From: Stegostoma tigrinum | Taxonomy: Eukaryota | Assembly: GCF_030684315.1 (NCBI RefSeq) | Contig: NC_081365.1 | Span: forward strand, 39,702,985 to 39,766,984 | Length of the DNA stretch: 64,000 bases | Direction of reading: 5' to 3' | Part shown: positions 1 to 13,004 of the stretch, piece by piece | Layout: each line of letters starts with the position of its first letter | How positions within the stretch are numbered: position 1 is the stretch's first letter | Made by a program: the position numbers and the translations under genes | The notes under the pieces: model-generated | What the model saw: the letters and a program-made list of their open reading frames with translations, nothing else | Told to the model about the DNA's origin: nothing | Databases searched by the model: none

Positions 1-9
1 AAACCACTG

Positions 10-680
10 AGGTGCAGAAAACCTATCTACACGATAGTCACAATTTCATCCAAAGACAGTAAAACTTGCGTGGACTCCCAACACAAGAAACTATACACCA
101 TCCAGGACAAAACAGCCTGCTTAACTGACACCATCTCCACAAGCATTCACTTCCACAACCATCAACATTCGCAATACATACTGATCTTACTATCTTCAGG
201 ATGCATTGCAGAAATTCACCTAAGATCCTTAGACAGCACCTTCCAAGCCCACATCCACTTCCATCTAGAAGAAGGGCACAGACACAAGGAAACACCATCA
301 TCTACCAATTCCCCTCCAAGCAGCTCGACACCATGAATTAGAAATACATTGCTATTCCTTCACTGTCCCCGGATTAAAATCCTGGATCCTCAAGGAGGAT
401 CGGGGTCAACTTATAGCACATGGTGAGCTGCTGCTTTGAAGCACTGCAATCCACCACCCTCAAGGGCTTGAGATCCAATTTGAACGAAAGATGAACGCCA
501 TTTAAATAATTTATTTTTATTCTTTTTGTAACTCAAAATGGCACCAAATTGTGGTTACAAAATTTTTTAATGCCGCATATTTAAGAAGATATAGGTGAAA
601 TCATTCATAACTACAGATGGACAATAAATGCTGTCTCAGCTAGCAATACCCATGTCCCATGAGTGAACGAATACAAAACA
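10..680 (+). mobile_element. 3' end of the same LINE family
   Basis: Homologous to 43100-43630 (caccatccaggacaaa..., gatggacaataaatgctg tail). Confidence 0.75.
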
Positions 681-736
681 CAATAAGTCAGCATCAAGAA
701 AATATTGTGTTTGATTTGAATTATTGTAGTCACATA

Positions 737-824
737 GGGAGGCAAAGGTCTAGTGGTATTTAATCGCTGAACTGTTAATCCAGACACCCAGATAGTATGC
801 TGGGGACCTGGGTTGAAATCCCAC
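737..824 (+). mobile_element. SINE family A head only
   Basis: A and B box region, ending at the PLE TSD. Confidence 0.7.
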
Positions 825-938
825 TATTGTGGAGGATCTGTGATAACGGGAACTACAGATGCTGGAGAATCCAAGGTAACAAAGTGTGGAGCTGGATGAA
901 CACAGCAGGCCAAGCAGCATCTCAGGAGCACAACAGCT

Positions 939-966
939 GACGTTTCGGGCCGAGACCCTTCATCAG
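939..966 (-). ncRNA. Minimal type-I hammerhead ribozyme motif (PLE terminus)
   Basis: CUGAUGA-A-GGG-UCUCGG-CCC-GAAA-CGUC; core intact, palindromic ACGU in place of stem III. Confidence 0.75.
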
Positions 967-2385
967 AGAGGGGGATGGGGAGGGGGAACTGGAATAAATA
1001 GGGAGAGGGGGAGGCGGACTGAAGATGGAGAGAAAACAAGATAGGTAGAGAGGAGAGTATAGGTGGGGAGGTAGGGAGGGGATAGGTCAGTCCAGGGAAG
1101 ATGGACAGGTCAAGGAGGTGGAATGATGTGGTAGGTACTAAATGGAGATGCGGCTTGAGGTGGGAGGAAGGGATGGGTGAGAAGAAGAACAGGTTAGGGA
1201 AGCAGAGACAGGCTGGGCTGGCTTTGGGATGCAGTGGGGGGGAGGGAACGAGCTGGGCTGGTTTTGTGATGCAGTAGGGGAAGGGGAAATTTTGAAGCTT
1301 GTGAAGTCCACATTGATACCATTTGGCTGCAGGGTTCCCAAGCGGAATATGAGTTGCTGTTCCTGCAACCTTTGGGTGGCATCACTGTGGCACTGCAGGA
1401 GGCCCATGATGGACATGTCGTCTGAGGAATGGGAGGGGGGAGTTGAAATGGTTTGCGACTGGGAGGTGTAGTTGTTTGTTGCGAACTGAGCGGAGGTGTT
1501 CTGCAAAGCAGTCCCCAAGCCTCCGCTTGGTTTCCCCAATGTAGAGGTAGCCACACCGGGTGCAATGGATACAATATACCACATTGGCAGATGTGCAGGT
1601 GAACATCTGCTTGATATGGAAGGTCATCTTGGGGCCTGGGACGGGGGTGAGGGAGGAAGTGTGGGGGCAAGTGTAGCACCTCCTGCGGTTGCAGGGGAAG
1701 GTGCTGGTGTGGTGGGGTTGGAGGGGAGTGTGGAGCGGACAAGGGAGTTGCGGAGAGAGTGGTCTCTCTGGAAGGCAGACAAGGGTGGGGATGGAAAAAT
1801 GGCTTGGGTGGTGGGGTCGGATTGTAGATGGCGGAAGTGTCGGAGGATGATACGTTATATCCAGGAGGTTGGTGGAGTGGTATGAGAGAATGAGGGGGCC
1901 GGGGTGTGAGGGATGTGTTGCAGGAAATGCGGGAGACGCGATCAAAGGCGTTCTCGACCATTGCGGGGAGAAATTTGCGGTCCTGGAAGAACGTGGAAAT
2001 CTGGGATGTGTGGGAGTGGAATGCCTCATCCTGGGAGCAGATGCAGCAGAGGCGGAGGAATTGGGAATAGGGGATGGAATGTTTGCAGGAGGGTGGGTGG
2101 GAGGTGGTGTATTCTGGGTAGCTGTGGGAGTCAGTGGGCTTGAAATGGACATCAGTTTCTAGCTGGTTACCCGAGATGGAGACAGAGGTCCAGGAAGGTG
2201 AGGGATGTGTCCTACCTACCACCTCATCCCGCCTCCTTGACCTGTCCATCTTCCCTGGACTGACCTATCCCCTCCCTACCTCCCCACCTATACTGTCCTC
2301 TCTACCTATCTTCTTTTCTCTCCATCTTTGGTCCGCCTCCCCCTCTCTCCCTAGTTATTCCAGTTCCCTCTCCCCATCCCCGTCT

Positions 2386-2413
2386 CTGAAGAAGGGTCTA
2401 GGCCCGAAACGTC
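2386..2413 (+). ncRNA. Minimal type-I hammerhead ribozyme motif
   Basis: CUGAAGA-A-GGG-UCUAGG-CCC-GAAA-CGUC. Confidence 0.75.
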
Positions 2414-2943
2414 AGCTTTTGTGCTCCTGAGATGCTACTTGGCCTGCTGTGTTCATCTAGCTCCACACTTTGTTATATTGTGAAGGATCCTCCTGTTTCA
2501 GCTTCTGCCTGTAAGCTCACACTTGCACGATAAATTCATAAATTTGGAGATGAAATGTTGCCTGGAGAGTAATCTGCTTGGAAGGATGATGGATCTGACA
2601 AATATGCAAACTGACTTACGTTAATCACCGCTTGAAAATCAAAGCGGAGGAAGAGAAAAAGAAAAATGAACCAACAACAAAAAAAAAGGCTTGTAACCTT
2701 GAACATTACCCAATTAATACTTAAAAAGGAAATGAGAAAAACAGTTATTCACTGCGAATACGGGGTCCGTGAAAACTTCACCACTGCTGCGGAGTGTAAG
2801 TCAACATTAAACAAAATGGGCTCAGGTTAAAAATCCAGCTTCTCAAACAAACATTCCACAAAAAAAAAGCCATTGCCTAAATTTGAGTGTTAGGAGACAA
2901 TAAAACCCCTCTTTCAAGAAAAGCTTGTAATTTGGCTCCATTT

Positions 2944-2993
2944 TAATCTAGCTAATTTAAATCTAACTAATCTAATTTAATCTAATCTAAATT
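2944..2993. repeat. Degenerate (atcta)n microsatellite
   Basis: aatctagctaatttaaatctaactaatctaatttaatctaatctaa. Confidence 0.7.
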
Positions 2994-4390
2994 AAAAAAC
3001 TGTAAGAAGGACCACCACATCTTATAAAAAGCATGTGCTGCAGCCAAAGAGATTGTTAAACAGGAAGCCAGTTCTACTTTCTGACCTGTTCCTATAGTCA
3101 CATATCGTCCTCGGACTAAACTATTATTAAGGTGCATTTACTGCTTGTGGTCAGCTACATTGAACATATGCCAGAGAGTGTAATGCTATTTTTTCAAAAA
3201 AACATTTTCTCCCAAACTGTCCTGTACTAAAGGCACCGATTCCTTGCTGACATGCAATTCTGTTGCCATAGGATGGCCTCCTTGAAAATATATTTTCCTG
3301 TTTTCTGAATGGGAATTGACAGTAGGCTGAACTACGTAAAGCCTAACAGCCAAGCCCAAGCATATAACTGATTCTGATCGGACTGGAAATTGAAGCTGAA
3401 ACTTGCAGACCATGATGCTTTATGTTTACAAACAGTTATTTATTGCATGTCAAGTCAAATGTTCTAAACACATTCTATTTAGTCCTGCATCAGAATAATT
3501 CTATTCCCTAAAATGGGTTGAGGTAAACACTCAGGTGAAGAATGAACAGTTATATTTAAATATCAGTTACAAATTATTTTGAGCTGTGGTAACCACACTT
3601 AATGACAGTTCTGTTGCAGCTCTAAATAAAGCAAAACCTGTTTTTTTTCTTGTGTTGGGAGGTGCAACTGATTAAAAACAGCATTCCCCTATCTTCTGTA
3701 TTAAATAATATGCCAACAAGAATTTCACTGGCAGAACATTCACCTATAAAAAGGTAAGCTGGGCAGCCAAACTGAAACTACACGCACTGATGCAGAGATT
3801 CTAAAAACAATATAGCATCTAAAGTATCAGTGTCGGGTATAATTACACTGCCACCTAATCAAAACCCAGAAACCTCAAATCACATGCAGTACTAATTACA
3901 GTTTCCTGTTATGTCAGGAACGTAAAGAGTTTCAAAAAACAAATCCAAACTAAAAGTTTGAACACAGCACACTTAATATGCTGATAGAACATGGACTGTA
4001 TTAGTCATTTACAGACTATTAGATATTGAGCACTCAAAAATAAAATTGATGCATGGTCAAAGACAAAGTACACTGTACTTTTAGCAAATCAACTATTCAC
4101 AAAAAGCAGCTATTTCATTCTAACCTCTAATCTCCTACACTGCCTTTTTAAACAAACCTTCAGCATTTTTAATAACAAGTTTTAGTCATAATGAAATTTC
4201 GTTACAGCTTTGGGTTAATTTATAACTCAACAAAAATACAAACTGTTGTCAAAGTTTCAGTGGTGTTAAATTTGGAAACAAAAACTCAAATCTGATGGAT
4301 CTTTAGTTTACACTATCGAATGCAGGCAAGGCAAAATCTAGTCTAGACTTATGAAAACATAGATGTAACAGTCATACTGTAAAGAGATTA

Positions 4391-4592
4391 CAGGCAGTCC
4401 CCGAGTTGTGAACAGGTCCCATGCTTGAGTTAATTCACAATTCAATTTGAAGACAAGTCAGAACACAATGCAGGATATATGGAAGGAGTTGCTTGTAAAG
4501 GACAGGAAATGTTTGTATGTCAGATCTTTAAAATTACACAGTATTAAGTAAAAACATTCATAAATGGACATTCACAAATTGGAGACTCCCTG
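4391..4592. mobile_element. pogo/Tigger-like MITE
   Basis: Imperfect ~23-bp terminal inverted repeats caggcagtccccgagttgtgaac and attcacaaattggagactccctg; TA on the left, CA on the right. Confidence 0.7.
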
Positions 4593-4752
4593 CATATGTT
4601 TCCCAGATTCAAAACATTCAAATCATCCTACATTAGAAAGGCAGCTATTTTGTTAGATAATCAGCAGTCTTCTATTAAATCACATTGAAAGGCACAACAA
4701 TTTGTTATCCGAGGATTGTCAATAGTTTGATAACATTAAATTGAGAACCTAC

Positions 4753-5166
4753 CTGCAGTTTTAAAGGCAACAGCAACAGTGTTGGATGAATTTGCAACTA
4801 TTTCAGACCACTGCCCATTTGTATCCAGAGCCCAAGCCTGTACAATACAGTAATATGATCCCTCATCAGAAAACTGAGTCCTGTACAGACGGAAACGGAA
4901 CTCATCATCACCAACTTTTTCCAGAACAACATCCTCCAATCGATCCTGGTCATCCCATCTCTCCAGTTTGACCACCGAGTCCCGAGTCAACGAAATAAGT
5001 TTTTTGCTGTATTGTGTGTCTGTAAGAGCTGGTTCATTCATTGCTATAGCCACAGAGTAATGGGGGACTTCAACATGCTCTGCAGAAACACTACAGATCA
5101 TCTCAAAAGTGTTTCCTCGTGTGGATACTGGTTTCTCCTCTATTGCTGTAATACTCAGGCTTGGAT
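4753..5166 (-). CDS. PTGFRN: PTGFRN exon 6, Ig domain 5
   Basis: GNTFEMIC..DSVVKLERW..VVLEKVGDDEFRFRLYRTQFSDEGSYYC resembles PTGFRN Ig5. Acceptor CTTCATAG, donor G|GTAGGT, 414 nt, phase 1/1. Confidence 0.95.
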
Positions 5167-5655
5167 CTATGAAGTGGAGGAAATACTATTAAATGCAATT
5201 AAAAGGATCGATTCTTTATAATTCTAAACCACCAGTTGTTACAATCTGAAGACAATATACTTGATGCGTGATACACACCAAACTTTGGTCATGAATTGTT
5301 CCACTATATTGTGCTGAACATTCTGCTCAAATCAAAGCTTTTTGACAATACCTGCCCACAGTAACCCACATTGCTTTTACTTATTTTGCATGATTGTGAG
5401 AGTGCAAAAGGAATTCTGTTGGTAGTGGTGGCATGGAAAAGAAGAAAGAATTTACACAACCCATCCCATGTTAACCATTTAAAAGCAACATCTAACAGTA
5501 TTATCTTGTCTGTGCTATTGCTTACAAGTGCTGATCAATAATTTTAAATTGTTCTCTATTTTCAAAGAAAAGCATTTTTAATATACACAGAAAAACTTTA
5601 GATTTTCCAAAAAGCGGAGGAGACCTTACAAAAAAAAACTGTTGAAATATTTTAC

Positions 5656-6078
5656 CTTCTGTTTTCCAGTCAATATCAATGGCAAGCGAGGAGACTTCTT
5701 GTTTTTTCAACCACATATTACCTCGTTGTTTAATCTGGGCAGTGACATTGCAAAAATACTTTCCTCTATCAGAAGCTACAGCCTGTTGCATCTGAAATTT
5801 GAAAGTGTATAGCTCAGGCTTCATAAAGATGATGTCTCCTTTTTCTGCACGCTCAATATATTCATCAAACAATTGTAGGGTCCAATCCTGATCCATGGCT
5901 GCTATAGGCAGAGTCACTTCTGGAGTTCCATTCAGCTGTTTTGGGATGACATACCAGGCTACAGTCAGCTTTGCATCATCTGCATTTTGTAAATCCAACA
6001 CCCGGCACTCAAACTCAGCTGATTCCCCTGTGGTACTAGGTACCTTGATGGAGCTTAGCTGGACAGTGTAGGTAGGAT
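5656..6078 (-). CDS. PTGFRN: PTGFRN exon 5, Ig domain 4
   Basis: DPTYTVQLSSIKVP..EFECRVLD..TVAWY..SDRGKYFCNVTA. Acceptor CCACAG, donor G|GTAAAA, 423 nt, phase 1/1. Confidence 0.95.
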
Positions 6079-6229
6079 CTGTGGATGCAATCAGAATGAA
6101 GCTTATTTATAATAATAAACCACAAAAAAAGCTCAACTGATACAGTTCGTGACATGGTGATCGGATAGGTAACTATTTAAAGAAGGTCAACAACAAAACA
6201 AAAGTAAATTGCAGTTGGATTTTTTTCTT

Positions 6230-6550
6230 AAATACGTTCATGGTGCATGGGCACTGCTTGGCCAGCATATATTGCCCATCCTGAATTGCCCAGAGGGCAG
6301 TTAAGAGTCACCCACATTACTGTGGCTCTGGAGTCACATGCATGCCAGACCTGGTAAGGATGGCAGTTTCCTTCCCTGAAGTGAACCAGGTAGGTTTTTC
6401 TGACAATCGACATTAGATTCATGGTCAGAGACTCATCTATCCATCCAGGCTTTTTCAACTGAATTCAGATTTCACCATCTACCGTGGCAGGATTTGAACC
6501 CAAGTCCTCAGAACATCATCTGGGTTGCTGGATTAATTTTCATCAATAAA
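6230..6550 (-). mobile_element. SINE family A
   Basis: Same body and tail. Confidence 0.8.
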
Positions 6551-6929
6551 CTGGTTAGCAACGTTAGAAGAACATTCCACTTAGAACAGCATTTATACAT
6601 CCAGGCCTGAATTTCCAGATTTGTTTGCAGGTTCAAATAATGATACAAGAAACTCAAGTACACCAGGATTTCAAAAACATTCCAATGAGGTCCAGGAACA
6701 AGTTGCCAGAAACAATTTCCTTCAGCTATTTCAAAACAACTGAGAAAAGAAAAAGGGACAGCATGGGCAATTAGACCCAATGAGCCACATCAACCCAAAA
6801 GTAAACAGCTCCACAGAAAAATGTTACCATACATTCACATTAAAGCTGCAGCTTCAAATTGTAAACGTAGTCTGAATTTGGGAATCCAATGCATGATCAG
6901 ACACTGGATCAGGCAAAGGAGTGTCAAAT

Positions 6930-8220
6930 TTGCACTACACCTTTAAAAGTAGGAAAAACGGAAAGAAAACTGGGAACCAAAGGCTAATTAGCCTCACAAA
7001 CTGTTGGGAACATACTGGAATCCCAGAAGATCTTAATAACGCACTCTGAAAAATGTCCGATCAGACTGTAGCTTTCGAAAAAGAAAATCATGTTTCAAAT
7101 TTATAATCATTTTTTCAAACTGTAACTAGCAAGATAACCGATACGAGGACAGTAGATGTAGTAAAACCTGGACTTCCAAAAGGCATTCAGTAACATGCCA
7201 CACAAAAGGTTAACAGACAAGGGAAGAGCTGAGAGCTCGGGTAACAAATTAGCTTGGATAGCAGATTGGTTAAATGGGCAAAGAGCAGGAATAAATGGAG
7301 AATCTTTCATTGGCAGATTGCGACTAGTGAAATGCCACAAGGATCAGTGCTGGGACTTCAAATATTTCTAATCTAGATATTATTTTCTCTCTGGTCTGCT
7401 AAGTTTGCTGACAACACAAAGCTAGATTGCAAGGAAGGGGAAAGAGAGAGGATGGAAGAGGATGAAGAGATATAACTAGATTAAATCAGTGGGCAACAAG
7501 TGTGGTCATTCCCTTTGATTGTAGGGATGGAAAAAAAAATCAATTGGGGAAAAAGCTTGCAAATGATATTCATGGGACTTGGGTGTATTTATGCAAAATC
7601 ACAAAAATGTTGGCAGATACAAACAATTAGAAAAAGCAAATAGCACACTGGTCTTTATTCGAAAGCACCAGTTGCCTTGTAACAATGAAGTCTTGCCTGT
7701 ACAATTGTATAGAATACTGCATGCTGTTTTGGTCTCCACATCCACAACAGATCTACACTGGAGCTAGCACAGCATATGTCCACTCTAATGACTCCTGGAA
7801 ATAACAAGGGTGTCCTATGATTAGGCTAAACTGGTGTTTTACCTTCTAGAGTTTAAGAACGAGTGTGATCTCGCTGAAACATTCGAGATGTTGAGGGGGA
7901 TAGATACAAAGGTCACTTCCCCAAGCTGGGGAATGTTGAACACTGGACCAGTGTCTCAAGATGGAGCAGAGCATCTGGGTTGGAGACGTGGGATGAATTG
8001 TTCGCTCAAAAGGGCTGTGAATCTTTGGAATTCTGTGCCTTAAGGATGTAAATGTTCCATCTTCGAATACATTTAGGATTGAGACAGACTGGTCTTTGAA
8101 CTCTCAGGGAATCAAGGGATCAGGAGCAGATATTACAGATGAAGCCAATAGTCAGCCATGATCATGTAAACTGTGAAATACGTTTGACAATGTAAAATCT
8201 GATCCTGCTCCTATTTACAG
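6930..8220 (+). mobile_element. Degraded CR1 LINE (RT to 3' end)
   Basis: Remnants ctggacttccaaaaggcattc (LDFQKAF), ccacaaggatcagtgctggga (PQGSVLG), aagtttgctgacaac, and RAVNLWNSVP. Confidence 0.8.
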
Positions 8221-8661
8221 GACCTACGAGTGAGGAACAGCCTGGAAGGGAAATCTTTAGTTTGAAGCTAGTTTAGTCAATTGCTGGCTTGAAGCGTGAA
8301 GCCTCAACTTGAAAGTGGATTGCATAGGTCATTCTAACTCATGGGAGTTATTTAAATATAAAGGGGACAAAATGCTTTACCTGAACACAGCATCAACACC
8401 ACCAGGCAGAAGCTGGACAAGTGCAGAAGTGGGTTCTTACTGGGATCTCTTCCAGCAAGCAGCTAAGTGGGCTCAGGGAATCAAGGGGGTTTGTGAATGG
8501 CTGAAGGCGGAAGTGGCAGAGGACAAAGAGGTTTAATCTAACATCACGCACAGGAGCGCAGGGCTGCTGGCTTCCTTGTAAAGACCCTGGAATAACATTC
8601 ATCTTCTTAATGGCCCACAAGTTAATCAGAGATTAAAACTAAAGCCATATACACCACAAAA

Positions 8662-9012
8662 GGGAGGTGATGGCCTAGTGGTATTATCACTGGGCTGTTA
8701 ATCCAGAGACCCAGATAACATTCTGGAGACCTGGGTTCAAATCCCACCACAGCAAATGGTGGAATTTAAACTTAATAAATATCTGGAATTATGAATCTAA
8801 TGACTACCATGAATCCATTGTCAATTGTTGGGAAAACCCATCTGGTTCACTAATGCCCTTCAGGGAAGGAAACTGCCATCCTTACCTGGTCTGGCCTACA
8901 TGTGACTCCAGACCTACAGCAATATGGTTGACTCAACTACCCCCTGGGTAATTAGGGATGGGCAATAAATGCTGCCTAGCCAGCAAAGCCTTCATCCCAT
9001 GAATGAATTAAA
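8662..9012 (+). mobile_element. tRNA-headed SINE (family A), full length
   Basis: A box TGGCCTAGTGG at 8671-8681, B box GGTTCAAATCC at 8734-8744, LINE-shared tail, A-rich end. Confidence 0.85.
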
Positions 9013-9984
9013 AGAAAAAAAAAAAGCAACTTTATGGATATGCTTCTCATGTTTCCAGAAAAATCGTTACCCTAAGCATCAAACCCAATTTCCAAAACAT
9101 TTAAATGTTGTCAGGATCTCAGGTGATGCAGTCAGAGCTCAATATTTTCCAATTCTGTTTGGCTCGCACCCATCCTCATGTTCTTAGCTTATAGGATATC
9201 AATTTTCAAAATGGTACACACTTCTGGAAACATCTTTTTACCCCAGATAGCAGTTTAAACCAACTTACAATGATCATTCGTCATAAAAATACACTGAATT
9301 TAAGTTAGTTGTACATAAAGCAGTGCATCGCTTGTTACTGCCCTGGGACAGCAAGTCAGTGCCACTAATGTCAATAGGCACGTGGAACTGGAGGTGGCAC
9401 CCACTCTGCCTGTTAGATGTTGACCACAATATGCAGAGTCAAGCACTCATCACCTTGGTCACCAAACCCCCGGGGCTACCCCACTGGCTGTCCCACTCCC
9501 AACTCCTGTCAACATGCTTGTCCACAGAGAATGGTAAGCAACAAGGGAGCAGGATAGCTGGCAACTTTGCAAGCAGGGTGGTGAAGTGTTGAGGGTTTGG
9601 CAAGCAAATTTTAATCCCAGAATTTGAATTGACACAAAACATTTGCAAAAGCTACTTTATATCGGGGCTGAGCTCATTAAACTCTTAACTTTGCTTAATG
9701 CCAGGTACGGACCTAGTCTTTGATGCAGGAAGGTGCCTATTGCAAAATTTGCAATGACATTACAGACAATAGCTGCATGGGTGGGGAGTGCATCGCCTGC
9801 GGTTGTAGCAAATGCAGCTTTGAATTAAAAGCTTAAATAGACAAAATTCCATTTTAATATTGGTGTCATGCAATAAATGTGCCAAGGCAAACAGATGAAA
9901 ATGGAATACAAGACATCCTAATTTCATGCATGTAGGCTTTAATTTATTACTTTAGCACTTCAATAATTGAAGTATTAAAATTAC

Positions 9985-10371
9985 CTAAAATGCCAACAAT
10001 GACACCAACCGGACTGGACGTTCCCTCTGCTGCCTTGTGCCAAATCTCACTGGTATACGGAACCCAGACCGAGGCTGCACAGTAGTAATATCCACTGTCT
10101 GTTTCGTCAATTTGTTGCACTCTCAGTCGGTACTCACTGCTACTAATCTTGCTCAATGTGACAAAATCAGTATCGCTCACCACTGCTGCCCGATTCAAGC
10201 TCACTACAGCCTTATCACTTGGAGGATGCTTTGCTGCAGATGTGCTGAAATACCAGGAAACTTCAACTGTCAGCGTGTCTACAACTCCTGTTACGTTGCA
10301 GATGAGGTCAATTTCATCACCTTTATTCAAAGTGAGCTTCTGACCGGGTGTAGAGACGTTCAATGTCTGGG
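9985..10371 (-). CDS. PTGFRN: PTGFRN exon 4, Ig domain 3
   Basis: LICNVT..VSWYF..DSGYYYCAASVW. Acceptor TTTATTACAG, donor G|GTAATT, 387 nt, phase 1/1. Confidence 0.95.
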
Positions 10372-10404
10372 CTGTAATAAACAAACAAATAGCATTTTAG
10401 TTTT

Positions 10405-10636
10405 TGTAGAATCAGATTCCCTACAGCACGGAATCAGGCCATTCAGTCCACACTGATCCTCTGAAGAGCATCCCACTGCAGCCCTATATTTCCTATGGCT
10501 AAGCCACCTAGCCTGTACATTCCTAGACACTATGGGCAATTTAGCACAGCCAATCCACATAACTGACATCTTTGGACCACGGGAGGAAACCCACACAGAC
10601 ATGGAGAACGCGCAGACTCCACACAGACAGTTGCCT
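10405..10636 (-). mobile_element. HE1-like V-SINE, interrupted by CR1 (head remnant ~11796-11825)
   Basis: ggaggaaacccacacagac...actccacacagacag V-domain-like core. Confidence 0.75.
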
Positions 10637-11795
10637 CATAGAACATTAGTGTAGTACAGGCCCGTCAGCCCTCGATGTTGCCCCCACCTATGAAACCAAT
10701 CTGAAGGCCATCTAACCTACAATCGTTCCATTATCATCCATATGTTTATCCAATGACTATTTAAATACCCTTAAAGCTGGTGAGTCTACTACTGTTGCAG
10801 GCAGGGCATTCCATGCCCTTAATACTCTGAGTAAAGAACCTACCTCTGACATCTGTCCTATATATATCACCCCTCAATTTAAAGCCATGTCCCCTCATGC
10901 TAGCCATCACCATCCGAGGAAAAAGGCTCTCACTGTCCACCCGATCTAATCCTCTGATCATCTTGTATTTCTGTATTAAGTCGCCTCTTAACCTTCTCTC
11001 TCTAACATAAACAGCCTCAAGTCCCTCAACCTTTCCTCATAAGCCCTTCCCTCCATACCAGGCAACATCCTGGTAAATCTCCTCTGCACCCTTTCCAATA
11101 CTTCCACATCCTTCCTATAATGCAGCGACCAGAACTGCATGCAATACTCCAAGTGTGGTCGCACCAGAGTTTTGTACAGCTGCAACATGACTTCATGGCT
11201 CCGAAACTCAATCCCTCTCCAATAAAACCTAACACCCCATACACCTTCTTAATAACCCTATCAACCTGGGTGGCATCTTTCAGGGTCTATGCACAAGGAC
11301 ACCCAGATCTCTCTGCTCATCCACACTATCAAAGAATCTTACCATTAGCCCAGTACTCGCTATTCCTGTTACTCCTTCCAAAGTGAATCTCCTCATTTTT
11401 CTGCATTAAACTCAATTTTCCACCCCTCAACCCAGCTCTGCAGCTTATGTACCTCTGTAACCTGCAACATCCTTCTGCAGCATCCACAACTCCACCGACT
11501 TTACTGTCATCCACAAATTTACTAACCTGTCCTTCTACACCCTTCATCCATGTCATTTATGAAAAATGACAAACAGCAGTGACCCCAAAACAGATCCTTG
11601 CAGTACACCACTAGTAACTGAACTCCAGGGTGAACATTTCCCATCATCCACCACCCTCTGTCTTCTTACAGCTAGCCAATTTCTGATCCAAACCGCTAAA
11701 TCACCCTCAATCCCATGCCTCTATTTTCTGCAATAGCCTACCGTGGGGAACCTTATCAAACGCTTTACTGAAATCCACATAGACCACATCAACCG
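10637..11795 (-). mobile_element. CR1 LINE fragment inserted in an HE1-like SINE
   Basis: ORF pieces KFVDD and LYKTLVRPHLEYCMQFW; SINE sequence on both sides. Confidence 0.9.
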
Positions 11796-12384
11796 ATCCC
11801 AGCTCCCTGGCACTACTGAGCCATTACACTATCTTTAGTAGGCTTTATTCCTAGGAGTATTCCAAACGTCTGCAGTTACCAGAACTTTGCCATCTGTCGA
11901 AAGATGGACCATTGAGCTGGGTGACCTAAGTTGTGTGGTTTAAGATGAATTTTTTAACCATCATCTTCACTTTAATTATCAACTCCAGTAGTGCTTTCTA
12001 CTATGTTAAAAACCCTCGAACTATTTCTGTTGCTCATCAACTTAATTCTTCTAATCTTGTTGCTTCAGATATGATGGACAGAACAGAAAGAAGCATGCCC
12101 TTTCCAATGCTTGCAAGTTATAAATAACAAATTTAAAACAGCTCTCAATTCAACTGAATAGCTCTCACATTCCTCCTGCATCGTATCTGGTAGTATCCCA
12201 TGCAAAACATTACCAGACCCTTTCTACCTCCTCAACATGCTTTTGCACAAAACTAACTGCTTTAAAATGTTTTATAACTGACACATTTCAAAACATCTTT
12301 TTACATAACCCTGTATTGTGCTAACTCTTTTTTGGCATAATTCATATTATTAAAAAAGTGAACCAAAAACATGACATGACATGA

Positions 12385-12705
12385 CATGAGGGTCTAGCTG
12401 GCTAGGTCATCATTTATTGCCCATCCCTAATTGTTCAGAAGGCAGTTAAGAATCAGCCACATTGCTGTTCATCTGGAGTCACACGGAAGCAAGGTCAGGC
12501 AAGGATGGGGGATTTTTTTCTCTGAAGAATAGTAAATCAGATGGATTTTAAAAAAAAATTTGACATTAGTTACATTGTAGCCACTTGTTACTCCACATCA
12601 TTTGAAATTTGAATTTCAGCAACCTAATTTGAATGTACACCTCCAGAACATTGGGCTAGTAATCCTGAATCCAGATCAGTTTACTGCAACATCACCGCCT
12701 CCCCC
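12385..12705 (-). mobile_element. SINE family A, degraded
   Basis: catttattgcccatccctaattg tail and body similarity. Confidence 0.7.
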
Positions 12706-13004
12706 AATAGAGATCAAGAATAGGAGTTTAAAACATGCCAACACGGAGAAGACCCCTTGGAGGTGAACACATCAACAGGTCACTTTTATGCTCAATGTAA
12801 AATTCAATCCTCATCTTCAGAGGTTTCAAAAGTCCACTTAAAAGGGCAATGTTTATGACAAATATTGAATTTGAAAACTAATGTGATATATACTAGCAAC
12901 TCCATCCAAACCACCCTTTATCCCAGGAAAAGTGGGATTGATCATTCAATAATTTTGCAAAAATAATCCATTCCAAAATTATAGGATGACTGAAAATAGC
13001 ATAC

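Larger units (their letters stand above)
839..2475 (-). mobile_element. Penelope-like element, 5'-truncated, with inverted terminal (pLTR) copy
   Basis: Frameshifted RT C-terminus (TDVHFKPTDSHSY..SIPYSQFLRL), Cys linker, and GIY-YIG endonuclease (NVVYCIHCTRCG.LYIGETKRRLGD.FAEH). 2210-2475 is an inverted copy of ~875-1137. TSD tattgtg(g/a)aggatc at 825-838 and 2476-2489. Confidence 0.9.

Noticed and set aside
1138-2430. Many overlapping 100-350 aa ORFs here and at 56578-57983 and 59596-60347
   Set aside because: Alternative frames and antisense of C-rich PLE sequence; only the RT/GIY-YIG frame pieces are meaningful.
2750-2825. Minus-strand EPILFNVDLHS..., faintly like the start of mammalian PTGFRN exon 7
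   Set aside because: No phase-1 acceptor for that frame, a stop after ~24 codons and no Cys. Exon 7 most likely lies outside the window.
8662-8750. tRNA gene (A and B boxes)
   Set aside because: Head of a multi-copy SINE; no clean cloverleaf or terminator.
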